From NCBI GenBank assembly GCA_963702015.1, contig OY969698.1, positions 1,958,839 to 2,022,838 on the forward strand: DNA of 64,000 bases. The letters are read 5' to 3'. Made by a program: the position numbers and the translations under genes. Shown here piece by piece: positions 9,767 to 21,010 of the stretch. Position 1 is the stretch's first letter; every line of letters begins with the position of its first letter. Under the pieces are notes generated by a model. The model did not search any database. It saw nothing but the letters and a program-made list of their open reading frames with translations, and was not told the DNA's origin. The DNA is from an uncultured Planctomycetaceae bacterium (GTDB lineage Bacteria > Planctomycetota > Planctomycetia > Pirellulales > PALSA-1355).

Positions 9767-10546
9767 TCAGACCTTCGGACGCCGAACCTTGTAGTTGCCT
9801 CGGCTCTCGTCGTACTCCAGCGAGACCAGTGCCTTGGCTTCGATGTCTTCCAACAGCTCCGAGAAGCTTCCGTAGCCGTAATAGCCTTCGTTGAAGCCGG
9901 GAAAGACGCGGCGAATGGCTTGTTTGAGCAGCGAGCCCCATAGCGGGTCGTAATCCTGCTCGACCGAATGGAACACTTCCAACACGCGGTCGAACGCTTC
10001 TTGCTTCTTTTCGTCCTTGGTTTTCGCTTCGGTCGGCTTGCCGTCACGGGCGGGTCCACGGGTTTGCGATTTTTTTGCCACCCGGATCAGATCGTCGTAA
10101 TAGAGAAACTCGTCGCAATTGGCGATCAGCAGGTCGGACGTGGAGCTTTTCACTCCACAGCCTAGCACGCGCTTGTTGTTCTCCTTCAGCTTGGAGACCA
10201 GCGGCGAAAAGTCGCTGTCTCCCGACAGCAGGGCAAAGACGTCGATGTGCTGCTTGGAATAGCAAAGGTCGAGAGCGTCGACCACCATGCGGATGTCGGC
10301 GCTGTTCTTGCCGCTCATTTTCGTCTGCGGAATGTCGATCAGTTCGATCCCTTGGACGTGAAATTCGCGAACGGCGTCCTGGTAATGGCTCCAGTCGCAA
10401 TAGGCACGCTTGTAGACGATGCGCCCTTTCTCCAACAGCCGCTTGAGGACCAACTGAATCTGGAATTGGCCCGCCTTCATGTGACGAACGCCAAGGGCCA
10501 GGTTCTCGAAATCGACAAATACGGCAATCAGTGGTTCTTCAGACAT
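9767..10546 (-). CDS. NYN domain (LabA-like) protein with C-terminal OST-HTH/LOTUS domain
   Basis: N-terminus IAVFVDFENL...YCDW...DVFALLSGDSDFSPLV (NYN/PIN-like); C-terminus with a LOTUS-like helix-turn-helix (DPLWGSLLKQAIRRVFPGFNEGYYGYGSFSELLEDI). Confidence 0.75.
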   Translation of the reverse strand: MSEEPLIAVFVDFENLALGVRHMKAGQFQIQLVLKRLLEKGRIVYKRAYCDWSHYQDAVREFHVQGIELIDIPQTKMSGKNSADIRMVVDALDLCYSKQHIDVFALLSGDSDFSPLVSKLKENNKRVLGCGVKSSTSDLLIANCDEFLYYDDLIRVAKKSQTRGPARDGKPTEAKTKDEKKQEAFDRVLEVFHSVEQDYDPLWGSLLKQAIRRVFPGFNEGYYGYGSFSELLEDIEAKALVSLEYDESRGNYKVRRPKV

Positions 10547-10651
10547 CCGTTCTTTCTCTCGAGTTCACGTCGGTTGGAATGGGTGGGGACTCGGGGGCTC
10601 GGCGGGGCCGGCCGCTGGGGCCGGAAAATCGCCGCCCGGCAAACCGAGGGG

Positions 10652-11803
10652 CTAACGAGGGCTCTTGCGCCGCGAACTGCGCCGCTTGTGGGCTTTCATC
10701 TCCGGCGATTCGACTTTCTTCGCCGGGGGCTTGGGCGAAGTGCTTGCCGGCAATTCGCCATAGCGGTCGGCAAACATCCGAGCTGCCAAGCCACGCATCT
10801 CGGGGGCCAGCGCATTATGGGCCACCTTGAACAATGCCGATACCGGAGCCGACAGCAGCTCCTTTTCGATCGCACCGCGATCCTGTTCGGCGAATTGCTC
10901 CGGCGTGATCGCCAGCAAATGATCGATCTGCCCACTCGCCGGGGGCATTGCAGCGGGTGGCTGAGGAACCCAAACCGGCGCTGGCGCAATCGGCACGACA
11001 GCCGGCTGCCTGGTTGCGGGGCGACTGGCCTCGGTCCGCTGAGGTGCCGCTGCCACTTTCGACGGCCGAGGTGAGGGAATTTCTTTCGACGTGCCGGGCG
11101 CCAGCCGCAACGGCGCAACTGCGCCCCTCCGCGGCGGCAGACGCCTTTCGCCGGGCGCGGGCGAGTCGGCAATCTCAGCTGCGGCGCCGCCCTGCGCTGG
11201 CGACGAATCAATGTTAGTCGATCCTTCTGCCAGTTCCGACGGGTCCCCCGACCGCGCGGTTTCCGCCAGAGCGGTCTCGGCCATTCGGCTGGGGAGCCGC
11301 AGGATCAACGTTCCGACTTCGCCGGTGTCGTGCTGCCGCCAGGTTCCGTAAAGCAGATCTTCGTGGTTCGACTTGTAGAGGGTCAGCTCGCAGGTGAAGC
11401 CCTGCGTCTTTTGTCCGTAGCCGTAACGCCCGCTGAAGTGGGTGCCATTGGTCGATTTGGCGATCAGGTGGCCCTGCTGTCCGTTGCGGCTCCAGTCGAG
11501 CGCGACGCGGTGGTCCGTGACGACGGCCTCGGTGAGCGTGATCGGCTGTTCGACGCCCGGCGAGTGGACCAGTCGCCCCTTGAGATTCGTGTTAATGAGA
11601 GCACCTAGCCTGTCTTGGATCTCGGTTACGTGGGGCCGTCGGGTCAAACAGTGTTGAAGCCGTGGAAACGCCGCCGCGGGTCGTCCCATTCTACCGCCCC
11701 CGACTTTCGACCGATAGAATTGCACCGCCGCGGCGAGGCGTGCCCCTTTGGCCCCCATGCGCCGCGGCTCGGGCGGAATCGGCCCCGCCCTGCTTGCGAC
11801 CAC
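10652..11803 (-). CDS. hypothetical protein with N-terminal globular domain, Pro/Ala-rich linker and basic C-terminal tail
   Basis: Long ORF. Start uncertain: Met candidates at 11803, 11758 and 11689. No recognised domain. Confidence 0.45.
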   Translation of the reverse strand: MVASRAGPIPPEPRRMGAKGARLAAAVQFYRSKVGGGRMGRPAAAFPRLQHCLTRRPHVTEIQDRLGALINTNLKGRLVHSPGVEQPITLTEAVVTDHRVALDWSRNGQQGHLIAKSTNGTHFSGRYGYGQKTQGFTCELTLYKSNHEDLLYGTWRQHDTGEVGTLILRLPSRMAETALAETARSGDPSELAEGSTNIDSSPAQGGAAAEIADSPAPGERRLPPRRGAVAPLRLAPGTSKEIPSPRPSKVAAAPQRTEASRPATRQPAVVPIAPAPVWVPQPPAAMPPASGQIDHLLAITPEQFAEQDRGAIEKELLSAPVSALFKVAHNALAPEMRGLAARMFADRYGELPASTSPKPPAKKVESPEMKAHKRRSSRRKSPR

Positions 11804-11816
11804 GGAAACAGCCCCA

Positions 11817-12145
11817 ATGGCCTATAGCCACGCCCTTGCCGACCGGGTGCGCCAGCGCTGCGGGAAACCCGCCAGACGACCGAGAAGAAGATGTTTGGCG
11901 GTATTGCCTTCTTGCTTTGCGGCAACATGCTGGTGGGCGTTTGGCAAAGCTTGCTGGTTGTGCGGATTGGAACGGCCCAAGCGGCCTGGGCTCTCAAACA
12001 GCCGCACGTCGGCCCCTTCGATGTGACCGGGCGGCCAATGAAGGGCTGGGTGATAGTTGACCCCGAGGGTCTGGAAAGCGACCGCGATTTGTCCGACTGG
12101 ATCGAGCGTGCCATCGAATTCGTGATCACGCTGCCGGCCAAGTAG
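11817..12145 (+). CDS. TfoX N-terminal domain protein, interrupted by a 1-nt frameshift near 11862-11873
   Basis: Frame 0 gives MAYSHALADRVRQRCGKPA. Frame +2 continues QTTEKKMFGGIAFLLCGNM...GRPMKGWVIVDPE...WIERAIEFV. Joined, this matches the TfoX_N consensus (...EKKMFGG). The break sits in a GGGAAACCC homopolymer context. Confidence 0.6.
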
Positions 12146-12181
12146 CGCGAATGCCGCTCGCGCAAAAACCGGCTTGGACAG

Positions 12182-14502
12182 TCATGCTGGGGATGCATCC
12201 CCGTCCAACACGAATCGCACTTTGCGTGTCAGGTCGGATGGTGAGAACGGCTTTTGAAGCAACGCGTGTGCTTCGTCTTTGACGCCATGCCGCAGAATGG
12301 CGTCGTCGGTGTAGCCGGTCATGTAGAGCACTTTCAAATGCGGATATCCGGCGCGCAAGCGATCGACCAGTTGGCGGCCACCCATCAGCGGCATCACGAC
12401 GTCGGTAACGACCAAATCTAGCGGGCCGGCATGGCGTGCGACTGCGGTGATCGCCTCTAGGCCATTGCTTGCGTCCAGCACCGTGTACCCTTGCTCCTCT
12501 AGATTGAGCCGAACGAGCTCCCTGACGCCATCTTCGTCCTCGACCAGCAGGATTGTCTCCGATCCACGTGTCTTGAGTTGACGAGTTTGCTCAAGTGGTG
12601 CTCGGGATGAAAACTCCGCAACGACGGGAAAGTAGAGTTTGATCGACGTGCCGACGCCCGGCTCGGAATCAACGTCGATGTAACCATCGCTCTGCTTGAC
12701 GATGCCGTGCACGACCGCCAAACCGAGACCGGTTCCCGCGCCCGCTTTCTTGGTCGTGAAGAATGGATCAAACATGCGCGACTTGATTTCCGGAGTAATG
12801 CCCGATCCGGCGTCGGCTACCACAATCATCGCATAACGGCCTGGTCTGCGGTCGGGAAACAGGCGACAGTCTTGCTCGCTCCACTCGATGTTCGAGGATT
12901 CGATCGTCAGTTTTCCGCCTCGAGGCATCGCGTCGCGGGCGTTGAGAACGAGATTGACGACGACTTGTTCGACCTGACCCGGATCGATCCTCACCGGCCA
13001 GATCGCCGGAAAGAGACGGCACCCCAGCTCAATGTCCTCCGTGACGAGCCTCAATAACATCCGGTGAACTTTGTTGATCACCTCGTTGAGATTCAAAACC
13101 ACGGGTTCCAGCAACTGCTTGCGACTGAAAGCCAGCAATTGCTGGGTCAGCATGGCGGCCCGCTCCGCCGCCAGATCAATGTCGTCAACCTTGCTCGCGT
13201 CGGAACTGGTCAGCGATTTGCTCGACTTGAGAGCTTCGCAGGTACAAATGATGACGGTCAGCAGATTATTGAAATCATGCGCCACTCCCCCCGCCAAATG
13301 CCCGACGCTTTCCATCTTTTGCGCCTGCTGGAGCTGCGCTTCCAACAAACTTCGCTGAGTCACATCCCGAGCCAGACAAAGGACGCCGGTGAACCTTCCC
13401 TCGTCGTCGAAGAGCGGGGTGTTGAACCACTCGCAGATGATCGTCCGTCGGTCCTTGGTCAGGTTTTCGTTTGTCGAATGGATGTCCATGTCGCCGGATC
13501 GGATCCGGCTGAGATTGTCTTTTGCCCGCAACCAAACCGCGGGAGGAACGAATTCTTCGAACGGGGGTCCGACGCCAAGCATTTCTTGCTTGCTGTAGCC
13601 GAACATGCGCTCGGCCGTCGGGTTCCAGTCGACAATGCGGTAATCGGCGTCGAGCAGGACGTAGGCCAGCGGCATTCTCTCGATGTGAAGTTGGTGCCGA
13701 GATAGGAGGGCATCCCGCTCGACTGCCAGCCGTCGCTTTTCGGTCACGTCTTCGATCATGCCAACCAAACGTTCGATCCGGCCTTGTTCTCGAACCGGAT
13801 TGCCCCGAATCCAAACCCACCGCACCGACCCGTCGGGCGCAAGACGCGACACTCTGTATCAATGTAGCCGGTCACAAACATGGCCGCGTTTTCACGGGCC
13901 ACCAAATCCTGATCCAGCGGATGAATGCCCTCCATGTAAGAATGGGGGTTGTCGAGGAGACTCTGACAAGAGCGGCCCCAGAGCTCGTCATATCCGGCGC
14001 TGACGTACAGGATCTTCGCTTCCTTCGCATCGATCATCCAAAGGACTTGAGGAACATGTGCCGTCAACTCTTGGACGCGCTGCTCGCTTTGTCGGAAAAG
14101 GTTCTTGAAGTGACTTCGCTCAATGGCATAGCGAATCGCCCGCTCCAACAATTCCGGCTGGAGTTCACCCTTCATCAGGTAGTCTTGAGCCCCTTCTTTA
14201 AGTGCTTGCAACGCCAATGTGATGTCGTCTTTGCCCGTCTGCACGATAATAGGAGGGCCGCAATTTCCGTCCCTCAGAGTCCGCAGAGCGTCCAAGCCCT
14301 CGCTGTCGGGCAAGCCCAAATCAAGCAGAACAACAGACATCGTCCGCTGAGCGAGGATCGCCAACGCTTCGGCCAGCGTCTCGACGTGGGTGATGCGGAA
14401 GCCGGGCGATTTGCTCAGCGCCCTCTGGACCGTGTAGGCATCGCTCGGATTGTCCTCAACCAAGAGGACATCGATCGGCGGCATCTCGTCCATGTCCACC
14501 AC
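12182..14502 (-). CDS. hybrid sensor histidine kinase/response regulator (REC-PAS-PAS-HisKA-HATPase-REC), paralog A, with a 1-nt frameshift near 13833
   Basis: ORFs 13756..14502 (REC+PAS) and 12182..13852 (PAS+HisKA H-box HDFNNLL+HATPase+REC) overlap, and both frames encode the same PAS motif: RVLRP(T)G / RLAPDGSVRWVWIRG. One C is missing in a C-run. Confidence 0.8.
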
Positions 14503-14699
14503 CTATCAACCGGCTCGATGATGTCGCAATTGGTCGAATCTCTCTAGGATCGAAAAACGTATCGCGCTCCGTTTCGACAAACGATCTTGGCGTCGAACCA
14601 CAAGAGAAGCCGATTGGTTCGTCAGTTCCGGCCCTTCCATGGCGGTCTAACGGCTGACCGAGAAAGCTCTCCTTCGAGGCGCGGCGCGGGCGATGGCCA

Positions 14700-14925
14700 C
14701 AGACGCTTTCTCGCAAATGGAGGGGGCCTTTCGAGAGGGCTTTGCCTTGAAAGCCAAATTCAGGCTATCGTGCTGAGCGCGCTGCCGCAAGTGTACGACA
14801 GTCGTGCGTTGGAGTTTCACGGTCCCACCCAATCGGGTGCCCGATGGGACTGTAAAGCGGCTACAGCCTGTCCGCATCGATCGAGCGTGCGATAGAATTC
14901 GTGGTAACGCTGCCGGTCAAAGAGG
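14700..14925 (+). pseudogene. degraded remnant of a second TfoX N-domain gene
   Basis: 14872..14921 (tccgcatcgatcgagcgtgcgatagaattcgtggtaacgctgccggtcaaag) is ~85% identical to the 3' end of the TfoX gene at 12096..12142. Upstream frames show weaker TfoX-like translation fragments broken by stops. Confidence 0.4.
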
Positions 14926-14982
14926 CAAATCGGCAGTGCCAGCCGGAGAACGGAACGAGAAAATGCCGCGGCGGTAAAACTT

Positions 14983-16324
14983 ATGCGACGACTGATAACA
15001 ACGTTGGTCTTGCTGGCGTACTGGGCGGTGGCATTGCCGCCACTGTTTGGCGATCCGCCACCGATCAACCGAGAAGAGCTGGCCAAAACGCTGGTCGGCC
15101 AAATGGCGGCGGGCGATTTCGAAAAGGCTGTCGAACCTTTCGACAAGACGATGAAGCAGGGGTTGACCGCCGCCAAACTGAGGCAAGCCTGGACCGCCAT
15201 CGTCGACCAGTACGGCTCACTGGCAAAAGCGACCGCTACCCGATCCGAAACCGTCAAGCAATTTCACGTGGTCTACGTGAGCTGCGAATTCGGGAGAGGC
15301 AAACTGCTGACGAAGGTCGTCTTCACGGCCGACGGCCAAGTCACGGGCCTGTTCTTTCAACCGTCGGGCGAGTACAAGCCGCCCCCCTACGTCAAGCCGA
15401 AGTCGTTTGAAGAAAGCGAGATCCACGTCGGGCAGGGATTGTTTGTTCTGCCTGGAACGCTGACGTTGCCCAGCGGGGAGGGGCCGTTTCCCGCCGTCGT
15501 CCTGGTTCATGGATCGGGGCCGCACGATCGAGACGAGACGATCGGGCCCAACAAGCCGTTTCGCGATCTGGCCCAGGGGCTGGCTTCGCAAGGCATCGCG
15601 GTGCTGCAGCTACGAGAAAAGGACCAAGGAGCATCCCGTCGCGGTTGCCTTGACGTGGAGTCGAATCACGGTGAAGGAAGAGACCGTCGATGATGCCGCG
15701 GCCGCCGTCAACGCGCTGACCGCCCAGGAGAAAATCGATGGCCGGCGCATTTTCGTGTTGGGCCACAGCCTGGGCGGATCGCTGCTGCCACGCATCGCGG
15801 CGGCCAGTCCTCGCATCGCCGGCTTCATCAGCTTCGCGGGCTCGACGCGCCCGCTGGAGGATCTGGTGCTCGAGCAGACGCGGTATTTGCTATCGCTCGA
15901 CGGCAAGCAGACCGACGCAGGGCAAAAAGCGATCGAAGAGCTCGAACGGCAACGGGCCGAGGTCAAGTCGCCCAAGTTGGCTGTCGATACGCCCGCGGAG
16001 AAACTGCCGCTGGGAGTTCCGGCGAGCTACTGGCTCGACCTACGCGGCTATGCTCCGGCCGAAGCCGCCAAGGCGATCAAGCAGCCGATGCTGATTCTGC
16101 AAGGAGAGCGTGATTATCAGGTGACAATGGACGATTTGCGACTTTGGCGGCAGGCGCTGGAGTCGCGTGAGAACGTGACGTTCATTACTTACCCGACTCT
16201 CAATCATTTGTTCATGGCGGGGGAAGGAAATAGCGTTCCCGCGGAGTATTTCAACGCGGGCAACGTGGCCGAAGAAGTGGTCGATGACATCGCCGGTTGG
16301 ATCAAGGGAATCAAAGCGCCGTGA
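14983..16324 (+). CDS. secreted alpha/beta hydrolase (DUF3887-like N-domain + S33/S9-type serine hydrolase, GHSLGG nucleophile elbow), with a frameshift near 15610
   Basis: ORF 14983..15693 (signal peptide, ...GIAVLQ) and ORF 15509..16324 (...YEKRTKEHPVAVAL...VLGHSLGGS...) join only through a 1-nt frame change. Confidence 0.7.
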
Positions 16325-16402
16325 CTTCGCCTGGGGCGGCCACCGGGATTGCCGCCAAGCCGCCCGCTTCCAACGCCCGGACCGGCAAGCCTTATCTTGA
16401 GT

Positions 16403-19130
16403 TCACGCGGAACTCGTCTGGCAGGCGTCGGCGTCGAGGACGACTCGCACTTTCTTTGCCAAGTCTGACGGTGAAAAGGGCTTTTGCAGAAACGCATGCG
16501 TTTCGACGTCGATCCCTTTCCGCAACATTGCATCGTCGGCGTAGCCGGTCACATAGAGTACTTTCAGATCGGGATAGCGGGGCAGCAGCTGATCGACTAG
16601 TTGGCGCCCGCCCATGACGGGCATCACCACGTCGGTAATGATCAAGTGGAGTGGGCCATCATAGCCGTTGACTACCTCAACGGCTTCTTGCCCGTTGCTG
16701 GCATCCAGCACCGTGTATCCTTGCCGTTCCAAATTACGGCGGACAAGTCCGCACTCCGTCCTCGTCCTCGACGAGCAGAATGGTTTCCGATCCACGCGTC
16801 GTCGGCTGTTGATCGTTTTCGCGCGGCGACTGCAATACCCGTTCCTTTACGGCGGGGAAATAGAGCTTGATCGATGTGCCGACTCCCGGCTCGGAATCGA
16901 CGTCGATCGAGCCCTCGCTCTGCGTGACGATGCCGTGGACGACGGCCAAACCCAGACCGGTTCCTTTGCCGGTTTCCTTGGTGGTGAAGAAAGGATCGAA
17001 CATGCGCGACTGGACGTCCGGAGTCATGCCGGAGCCGGTATCGGCTACGACGATCCTGACGTAACGGCCCGGCCTGCGATCGGGGAATAGCCGGCAGTCT
17101 TGCTCGGTCCAAGTGACGTTCGAGGTTTCGATGGTCACTTTGCCGCCGTGGGGCATTGCGTCACGGGCATTGACGACCAGGTTGACGAAGACCTGCTCGA
17201 TCTGCCCCGGATCGAGCTTGACCGGCCAGATCGATGGAAACAGATGACAACGCAGTTCGATGTCTTCGTTGATGAGCCTCAACAACATCTTGTGAATGTT
17301 TTCGATGACTTCGTTGAGATTCAGAACCATTGGTTCCAGCAATTGCTTGCGACTGAACGCGAGCAGTTGCCGGGTGAGGGTGGCGGCCCGCCGTACGGCC
17401 TGGTCGATGTCGTGAACGGCATTCGCATCCGATTCGTTCAGCGATTCGTTCGACTGAAGTGAATCGCAAGCGCAGATGATGATCGTAAGCAAGTTGTTGA
17501 AATCATGCGCCACGCCACCCGCCAAATGTCCGACGCTTTCCATCTTCTGCGCGTGCTGCAATTGTGTTTCCAACAACTTTCGTGCCGTTACGTCCTGGGC
17601 CAGGCACAGCATGCCGGTAAAGTTTCTGCTATCGTCGAAAAGCGGGGTATTGAACCACTCGCAGGTAATCGTCCGCCCATCCTTGGTCAGGTTTTCGTTG
17701 GTCCAATGGGAGTCCATATCACCCGATCGGATCGCACTGAGCACCTCTTCTCCTTGTGGCCAGACCGCAGGAGGTACGAATTTCTCGAACGGGGGTCCGT
17801 GGCCGAGCATTTCTTCCTTGCTGTAGCCGAAGATCGACTGGGCGGCTGGATTCCAATCGACAATTTGGAAATTGGCGTCGAACAGAAGATAGGCCAGCGG
17901 CATCCGCTCGATATGGAGTTGGAGCCGAGACAAGAGCGTATCGCGTTCCGCCGCGAGACGTCGCTTCTCGGTGACGTCGACCCCGGTCGAGAACAGGAAC
18001 AGGATCTGCCCAGTTTCATCCCGGATTGGCATCATGATGAAGTCGGTGACCCTTTGGCTGCCGTCGGCGACGAAAAATGGCAATTCCGCCCGGTAAATCT
18101 GACCGGCCGCCGCTACGGCCGTGGCTTCCTTGATTCGCTCGATCAGTTCCGCCGACTTATTCCACCAAGGGCACTCCCAAAACAACTTTCCGACGACCTG
18201 ATCCCGGGTGTAACCACAGATCTCGAGTGCCAGTCGGTTCGGTTCGATGAGGGCGCCATCCAACGTCATGATGCCGGCAAAGAGCGGCCCCTGCTCGAAG
18301 AAAGCCCGAAATTTTGCGTTCGCCATCGACGTTTCGGTCAGCAGCACTCGTTCGCGCTCCTCGGACCTTCGCCGTTCGGTCAAATCCTGGGTGATTCCGA
18401 GATGCGAGACCGAGCCGTCGAGCTTGGGCAGTGGAGCCGCCACGCATTCCACGCTGCGACGAGTTCCCTTCAGTCCAATGATGTCGAACGCCAAGGTGCC
18501 ATTTTGCCGCTGAAGGACGCCATCGTGAAAAGCCTGATACTCGTCCCGAAATTCCGGGGCGATCAGACGGAAGAAGCTCTGGCCGATGATATCCTCCGGC
18601 CTGTCGGCTTCGACCAGGCGTAGCCCTGCGGCGTTCATCTCCAGCACCGTTCCATCGGGCGCAAGCAGCTTGATACACTGCGGGGTCGTATTGATGATGG
18701 CCCTCAGTTGCTGCTCGCTCTCCCGGAGCGCTTTGGCCGAGCGGTCTCTCTCGATCACATGGCGAATAGTCCGGCGAAGGTTGCCACCTTGGAGTTCACT
18801 CTTGACGAGATATTCCTGCGCTCCCCCTTGGGCCGAATGGACGGCCAACTCGTCGTCGTCGCTGGCGGTCAACACGATCACCGGAACGCCTGGGACAAGG
18901 GCGCGGAGCTTGCCGAGCATCGCCAGGCTTTGCGAATTGGGCAGCTCCAGAGCCAGCAGAACAACTGAGATTTCTCTCTCGGAGAGGATCGTCAGCGCGT
19001 CTCCCAGGTGTTGGACATGGGTGACACGAAAGAGGGGTGATGCGCTGAGCAGCTTCTGAGGCAATAAGGCGTCAGTCGCGTTGTCCTCGATTAAGAGAAC
19101 TTGAATAAGTGGCGTCTCATCCATATCCAC
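16403..19130 (-). CDS. hybrid sensor histidine kinase/response regulator (REC-PAS x3-HisKA-HATPase-REC), paralog B, with a frameshift near 16755
   Basis: The 798-aa ORF 16734..19130 and the 130-aa REC ORF 16403..16795 overlap. The joined sequence ...LLVEDEDGVR(E)LVRRNLERQGYTVLDASNG matches paralog A. The HisKA-HATPase-REC part is ~75% identical to paralog A. Confidence 0.8.
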
Positions 19131-19597
19131 CGCCTCTTGCCCTCATTTTTCAGCAGCGCGAAGTGCGCTCAATATATGAAGTATTTCCTTCTATTCACAC
19201 CCGCGAACCGCTTTGCCGGTCAAGAATCTCCTTCACATTCGGCCGCGCGTAAACATGCCATGAAGCCTGCGCACGCAACCAGCCCGGCGGAACGCCACCG
19301 GGGTCAAAAAGCATGACCGCCGACGGCCGCAGGGGTACAATGATCGTGAAAATGGCGGGCGTGGTTCCGCTCGGTATTAGCAAGGATTCAAGCGCCGGAC
19401 AGGCAGTGCGGCCGAACAGCCGCTGAAAAAACGCGATTCCAACCGCAAAGCTTTGATGCGGTTATGCTTGGCGTTATCATGCCAGTCGCTGGCCAACGGG
19501 GTGTCCGACCTTGGCACGATGCTTACTTTATTTGCCGACGCCGTGATCCGTGGGTCAAGACCGCTGCCGCGTCCGTCCCCCCCCAACGAGTTCTCTG

Positions 19598-20986
19598 ATG
19601 TCTGCCGCCGCCAACAAAGCTGACCCAACGACTGCTTCCAGCACTTCCCCGGCCAGCCTCGAGCGGGTGCAACAGAACCTTGCTGCCCTGGGCGTGAAAT
19701 TCGTCCTGGCCCAGTTCGTCGATATCCATGGTGTGGCCAAGACCAAGAGTGTGCCACTAGCGCATCTGGCCGACGTGGTGACCGGCGGCGGAGCGGGCTT
19801 CGCCGGTTTCGCGGTCTGGGGTCTGGCCATGCAGCCGCACGATCCCGACTTCATGGCCCGCGGCGACCTGTCGACGGTCACGCTCCTTCCGTGGCAGCCC
19901 GGCTACGCCCGAATCGTTTGCGTGGGCCACGTCCAGAATCGCCCTTACCGGTTCGACACCCGCTGGATCTTGATGCAGCAGTTGGAACGATTGAAAGCGT
20001 TGGGGCTGACCTGCTTCACTGGGCTCGAGCCCGAGTTCATGCTGTTGCGCCGGACCGACGACGGACGGATCGTGCCGGCCGATGCGACCGACAACCTCGA
20101 TAAACCGTGCTACGACTACAAAGGCTTGTCGCGAAGCCGCCACGTGCTCGATGCTCTGGCCGAGGCGCTGATGGCCGTGGGGATCGACGTCTATCAGATC
20201 GACCACGAGGACGCGAACGGGCAATTCGAAATCAATTACGACTATTCCGACGCGCTGACGTCGGCCGATCGGATGATCCTGGTGCGGATGGCGGCGAGCG
20301 AAATCGCGGCCCGGCACGGAGTGATCTGCTCGTTCATGCCCAAGCCGCTGGCGAATCGTACCGGCAGCGGCATGCACATGCATATTTCACTGGGTGGCGC
20401 CGAGGGAAATCGCTTCGCGGGCAGTGACGATCCGCGCGGCCTCGGCCTTTCGGCCATGGCCTATCAGTTTCTGGCCGGATTGCTCGCGCACGCGCCGGCG
20501 CTATCGGCGCTGTGTGCCCCGACCGTCAATTCGTATAAGCGGCTGGTGGTCGGCCGATCGCTGTCTGGGGCGACTTGGGCGCCGGCCTACATCTCCTATG
20601 GCGACAACAATCGTTCGTCGATGGTCCGCATCGCGCCCGGTCGCGTCGAGCTGCGCGTGGCCGACTCGGGCTGCAATCCCTATCTGGCGACCGCCGCGGC
20701 GATTGCCGCCGGCATGGACGGTATCGAGCGCCGGCTCGACCCCGGCGCGCCACAGAACTTCAATCACTATGACCGCACGCCCGAGGAACTGTCGGCCGCG
20801 GGGATTGGCGTGCTTCCCCAGTCGCTGCACGAAGCGATCGAAGCGCTCGAGTCCGACGGACTGTTCGCCCAGCAGCTTGGGCATGATTTCATCGCCGAAT
20901 TCTGTCGCCTCAAGCGGATGGAATGGACCGAATATCAGCGGCATGTTTCCGATTGGGAAGTCCGGCAATATCTCGAGTTCTTTTAA
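19598..20986 (+). CDS. glutamine synthetase family protein, gamma-glutamylmethylamide synthetase (GmaS)/GlnT-like
   Basis: 463 aa from the Met at 19598. GS beta-grasp plus catalytic domain (HMHISL..., GCNPYLA). First gene of a tight operon with GATase-2, GXGXG and FMN-GltS-like genes. Confidence 0.75.
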   Translation: MSAAANKADPTTASSTSPASLERVQQNLAALGVKFVLAQFVDIHGVAKTKSVPLAHLADVVTGGGAGFAGFAVWGLAMQPHDPDFMARGDLSTVTLLPWQPGYARIVCVGHVQNRPYRFDTRWILMQQLERLKALGLTCFTGLEPEFMLLRRTDDGRIVPADATDNLDKPCYDYKGLSRSRHVLDALAEALMAVGIDVYQIDHEDANGQFEINYDYSDALTSADRMILVRMAASEIAARHGVICSFMPKPLANRTGSGMHMHISLGGAEGNRFAGSDDPRGLGLSAMAYQFLAGLLAHAPALSALCAPTVNSYKRLVVGRSLSGATWAPAYISYGDNNRSSMVRIAPGRVELRVADSGCNPYLATAAAIAAGMDGIERRLDPGAPQNFNHYDRTPEELSAAGIGVLPQSLHEAIEALESDGLFAQQLGHDFIAEFCRLKRMEWTEYQRHVSDWEVRQYLEFF

Positions 20987-21010
20987 ATTTGCGCGGAGCG
21001 ACGCGAAACG

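Noticed and set aside
11817-19130. Reading the frameshifted TfoX, kinase and hydrolase run as a decaying pseudogene island
   Set aside because: The same kind of 1-nt indel also hits unrelated housekeeping-type genes elsewhere (MscS, FloA, MMPL, S41 peptidase), so a sequencing or assembly artefact is the more economical explanation.
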